This document shows positions 63,001 to 64,000 of a DNA stretch of 64,000 bases, piece by piece. Position 1 is the stretch's first letter. Each line of letters opens with the position of its first letter. The notes beneath the pieces are model-generated. The model ran no database searches. It was not told the origin of the DNA and saw only the letters and a program-made list of their open reading frames with translations. The DNA is from Methanobacteriota archaeon (GTDB lineage Archaea; Thermoplasmatota; Thermoplasmata; SG8-5; JAGLSY01), in the NCBI GenBank assembly GCA_020696385.1, contig JAEHCQ010000001.1, positions 544,001-608,000 of the forward strand, written 5' to 3'. Position numbers and translations under genes: made by a program.

Positions 63001-64000
63001 ACCCTGGATGGCTCCGCAAGCACTGACAATGTCGGTGTCGTGGCCTATGAATGGACCTTCGATGATGGTGCGAATGATGTCGTGATAATCAATGACATCA
63101 TGAATTACACATTCACCATACTCGGGAACCATACATTGACATTGACCGTGTGGGACGCGGCCGGTAATGAAGGCACACTCACTACATGGGTGAATGTCGT
63201 TGACATGGAAGCACCTGATGTTCTGGTCATAGCACCTGGCGAAGGATTGGAGGATGTTCCACTTACCTGGGATCTCATAGTCGTATTCACCGAGGCAATG
63301 GACACAACATCTGCAGAAGCAGCCTTCAGTGTGGATGGAGCGAATGTTAGCGCCTTTGTCTGGGATGCAAGTGGAAGATATGTCACCATCTCATTCGATG
63401 AGCTGGCGTTTGACACGATATACACCTTCATCGTGGGGCCAGAGGCAATGGACTTAGCTGGCAATGAGATGGGAACAGCACACACGGACAGTTTCCTGAC
63501 ATTGTTGGACACCACCCCTGTACCAGTTCCAACAGAGGATGATACAGATGGTGACGGTGTGGATGATGTCGATGACGCATTCCCTGATGATCCAGCAGCA
63601 TCAGTAGATACGGACAATGATGGTGAGCCTGATTCATGGAACCCAGGTTACACGGCGGATGATTCCACGACCAACCTGACTGAGGACTTGGACGACGACA
63701 ATGACGGAATCCTGGATGTGGATGATGATCCAATAGTTGTGGATGATGATCCGGTGGATGATGATGATGACACGGCGGATGACGACACAGGTGGTAATGA
63801 TTTCATGTGGATCATTATCATAATCGTCCTGGTAGTTGTGATCGTTCTGCAGGCGATGATGAAGGGAAAGAAGCCTGAGGACGAAGTATCGGCAGATGAT
63901 ACGCCAGAGGCGGGGTCTGAAGCACCTGTGGAAGAGCCAGCTATTGAAGAAGCACCAGAAGAATCTGGTGATGTCTCATCCGATGACCTCGTGTCTGAAT
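57049..64000 (+). CDS. Very large surface protein (>=2317 aa), tandem paralog of 51773-56842 with three DUF3383-like inserts; stop lies just beyond the window
   Basis: Not in ORF track (no stop in window). ATG after GAGGAGTGA; starts MKNKFSALIMSIVMVTVIFANTSLVLAG; same PKD/Big_5/acidic/TM tail; ends ...GDVSSDDLVSE at the edge. Confidence 0.9.
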   Translation, partial: MKNKFSALIMSIVMVTVIFANTSLVLAGTPAPPSDVPDGIQYIDGDWTVVGSESYTDEIIVLTGNLTVPAGATLTLTNTTIQMNCTMIGQYKINVGGNVYLLDGGDGLTPMEAADADASAIISSNPAFETYLHVMPGAVFDVQNSEVRNVGRTDINGYLVGGLNPETNITIWENVTDGEFSVTLEGVTADIWGIDFNTTPVTTIDEVATRIQNAIQAIGIGGFIGATVIWNTDHFEIISGTTIDASSSISAISSVAPLMANSTANGTEISGTGWMDCAMNTQSYDADKYMIGTYFESNSVSITNSLIADGGHGTIFDNCHPAVFSHNLVDNMAGAGFGITNWSNPGFTIDYVLSDNTITNNGFYGVVFDAETVDVEVFDMDISENVYGLNIYAGSSITAYVHDSLFWRNSGITEQDAATIFMLPGEGGNVDATIERCSLIENYCGSIWLGISHQDDYRCGNVTADISNNDLIGNHGDIKMNANFTVDATVIDNTISWSNYHTAVDSFNFGHAESSSLTNKDEYVQYLDLEFSRNTADFGMYADGVPVGGYVRTSAKENVDATINDNYVVGGYNVGGIFRIGYPCDDDGTDPMFPLVRNTTAYFEGNIVEMYYDGGAPNVGQVIQTHAKYNLDSTVIDNKFYFESGAGTVIRLGVWGDGNGPEPVLNNTALVRENTITFNDQAEDQLGGSIKIMALDYIYADIIDNDIYAFVSYNDGGWIWVGFIHNVYEIPCKNVTANIINNRMIGDFFMPDAKCWFINVAGEINTRANVIGNVFIHNDFMLDSNDNPTDFLRFGFIQGFSSGATFCTDNLFLNLTDNRITYRTGAEVKLSGEGLWTMTSNEVCIVNIERNIFDIDFYYNDGATPLIGGMLSIGTSNNWYSLGTTKNLTVGIIDNVFDIRLHGQCYVGGVFDLVAMDNVDAIVTGNQFHFETTDYEIDVPDVGGFFRIGHSGNSMIVANHTTVDFMDNKFEIILEAGIYMGGGLRIWAEIDIFANVTGNDFVFDSVYDQGWSNIGGFLNIGGTNYFTENVTANVNYNTFTVDIFGGIELGSVLKIGAEFDLVTNVIGNEFVVNTYYDIGGIDFGGLIDIGALWEESNNITAHVNYNKISFTMFEDIDGASAMHIGGGKNLSVEVIGNDIEYTTLSDGSSIYIGGIIKVGDVSGVLAKTVEGVISDNNIQAHLINNTDTGGAIRVTAENEVNLVMDNNIVQGWWPADVAEDDRRDFGVRIGYQCESNGILANNVTLHMTNNIIGPGGKSSALYVGAIDNLDFSFDGGVVQGALWDNWYIAAEGSNGNGITAESEGNMTVSITNAEIMSNRGAGIAIIANNNTAVDIKDCYIHGNYWHGIYIASDNELIDTFSIERCDIIGNGMNISGDLPEYGSGIYVENGLIDVDNCTLTNPGGEYEFKIMDTTSFVHTLNTTFDKDNVFLESTAGYLTGGVSADDKQAGWALITDGEFNLTIDGVSADIGPIDFTGIGSVTDAATRIQTAIQLEFPGVTCTYTGGIFTITSATMGIGSGVTALINHSVGSGTDISGLTEISSKAYVDGGTNEEPTPANWAAVTDGEFHIVLDGVPADIGPIDFTGDTTLGQVAMTITAELQAEGGVYSSALCQWIGGMGYFRITSGTWNFSSSATNLSATGTGTDISGLTASAGGAWLDMADNAVVQPVKNFMDCALNGTETAGESAELLVSWFMHVKVLQSGTNYGIPGAVVTVEDGAGIVVGSGTTDSDGYLKWVICDEYLERMVLSGKDRIEYGDFTAYATKTSTSGSSAPTEMDVSKVVPIMLNYVSLPPIAVASSQTVNEDTLVIFDGTGSSDDFYIVDWDWTFDDSGAVALDGEITDYTFSEPGVYDVTLTVRDYEGLTSAIIITITVVDVTAPTADAGPDQIVDEDTNVTFDGTGSSDNVGIVNYTWTFNNGTAQTLYEVNPVFNFTEPGTYTVTLTVSDAVGLTGIATMEVTVLDVTAPIAIDGDGQTVAEGTEVTLDGSASTDNVGVVAYEWTFDDGANDVVIINDIMNYTFTILGNHTLTLTVWDAAGNEGTLTTWVNVVDMEAPDVLVIAPGEGLEDVPLTWDLIVVFTEAMDTTSAEAAFSVDGANVSAFVWDASGRYVTISFDELAFDTIYTFIVGPEAMDLAGNEMGTAHTDSFLTLLDTTPVPVPTEDDTDGDGVDDVDDAFPDDPAASVDTDNDGEPDSWNPGYTADDSTTNLTEDLDDDNDGILDVDDDPIVVDDDPVDDDDDTADDDTGGNDFMWIIIIIVLVVVIVLQAMMKGKKPEDEVSADDTPEAGSEAPVEEPAIEEAPEESGDVSSDDLVSE

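Noticed and set aside
57210-63733. Many minus-strand ORFs (up to 245 aa) at the right end
   Set aside because: They are antisense shadows of the open plus-strand surface-protein frame starting at 57049.
1-64000. Pyrrolysine/selenocysteine read-through, inteins or frameshifts
   Set aside because: Recognised genes look full-length, TAG and TGA end genes at the expected positions, and no intein-like insertions were seen.

Overview
Chromosomal window of an archaeon, most likely Thermoplasmatota (unsplit RpoB, a TA0095/DUF5611 gene, GGTGA-type ribosome-binding sites; the lineage is inferred, not searched). Left to right it holds: the rpoH-rpoB-rpoA' operon; a tRNA-Lys(UUU) with two introns; trkAH; tRNA-Leu; the Zn-finger/EF-1beta and rnp4/yhbY genes; a type IV pilus-like ATPase-TadB-TadC-ATPase operon; tRNA-Ala; purB; serS; a Ca2+ P-type ATPase; the pus10-L21e-rpoF-DUF655 block; alba; a KaiC-like ATPase; an MFS transporter; a STAND-TPR protein; a site-2 protease; a long Lhr helicase; an M20 hydrolase; a nucleotide-sugar dehydrogenase; and a cluster of large membrane-anchored surface proteins, the last of which (>2300 aa) is missing from the ORF track. 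Most notable signals: (1) small structured ORF-less elements sitting 3' of genes, two followed by a duplicate of the gene's 3' end that begins at a conserved site (the catalytic LDG Asp codon of the site-2 protease; the tRNA T-loop); (2) two orphan copies of a TnpB/IS605 right-end RNA-like scaffold with a same-length variable segment; (3) the double-intron tRNA with a D-loop intron; (4) a phage DUF3383-like module present 0, 1 and 3 times (once nested in itself) in related surface proteins; (5) a longin/roadblock-like domain inside the STAND NTPase. No CRISPR array, transposase, integrase or reverse transcriptase was recognised. All calls come from manual reading, with no database searches.
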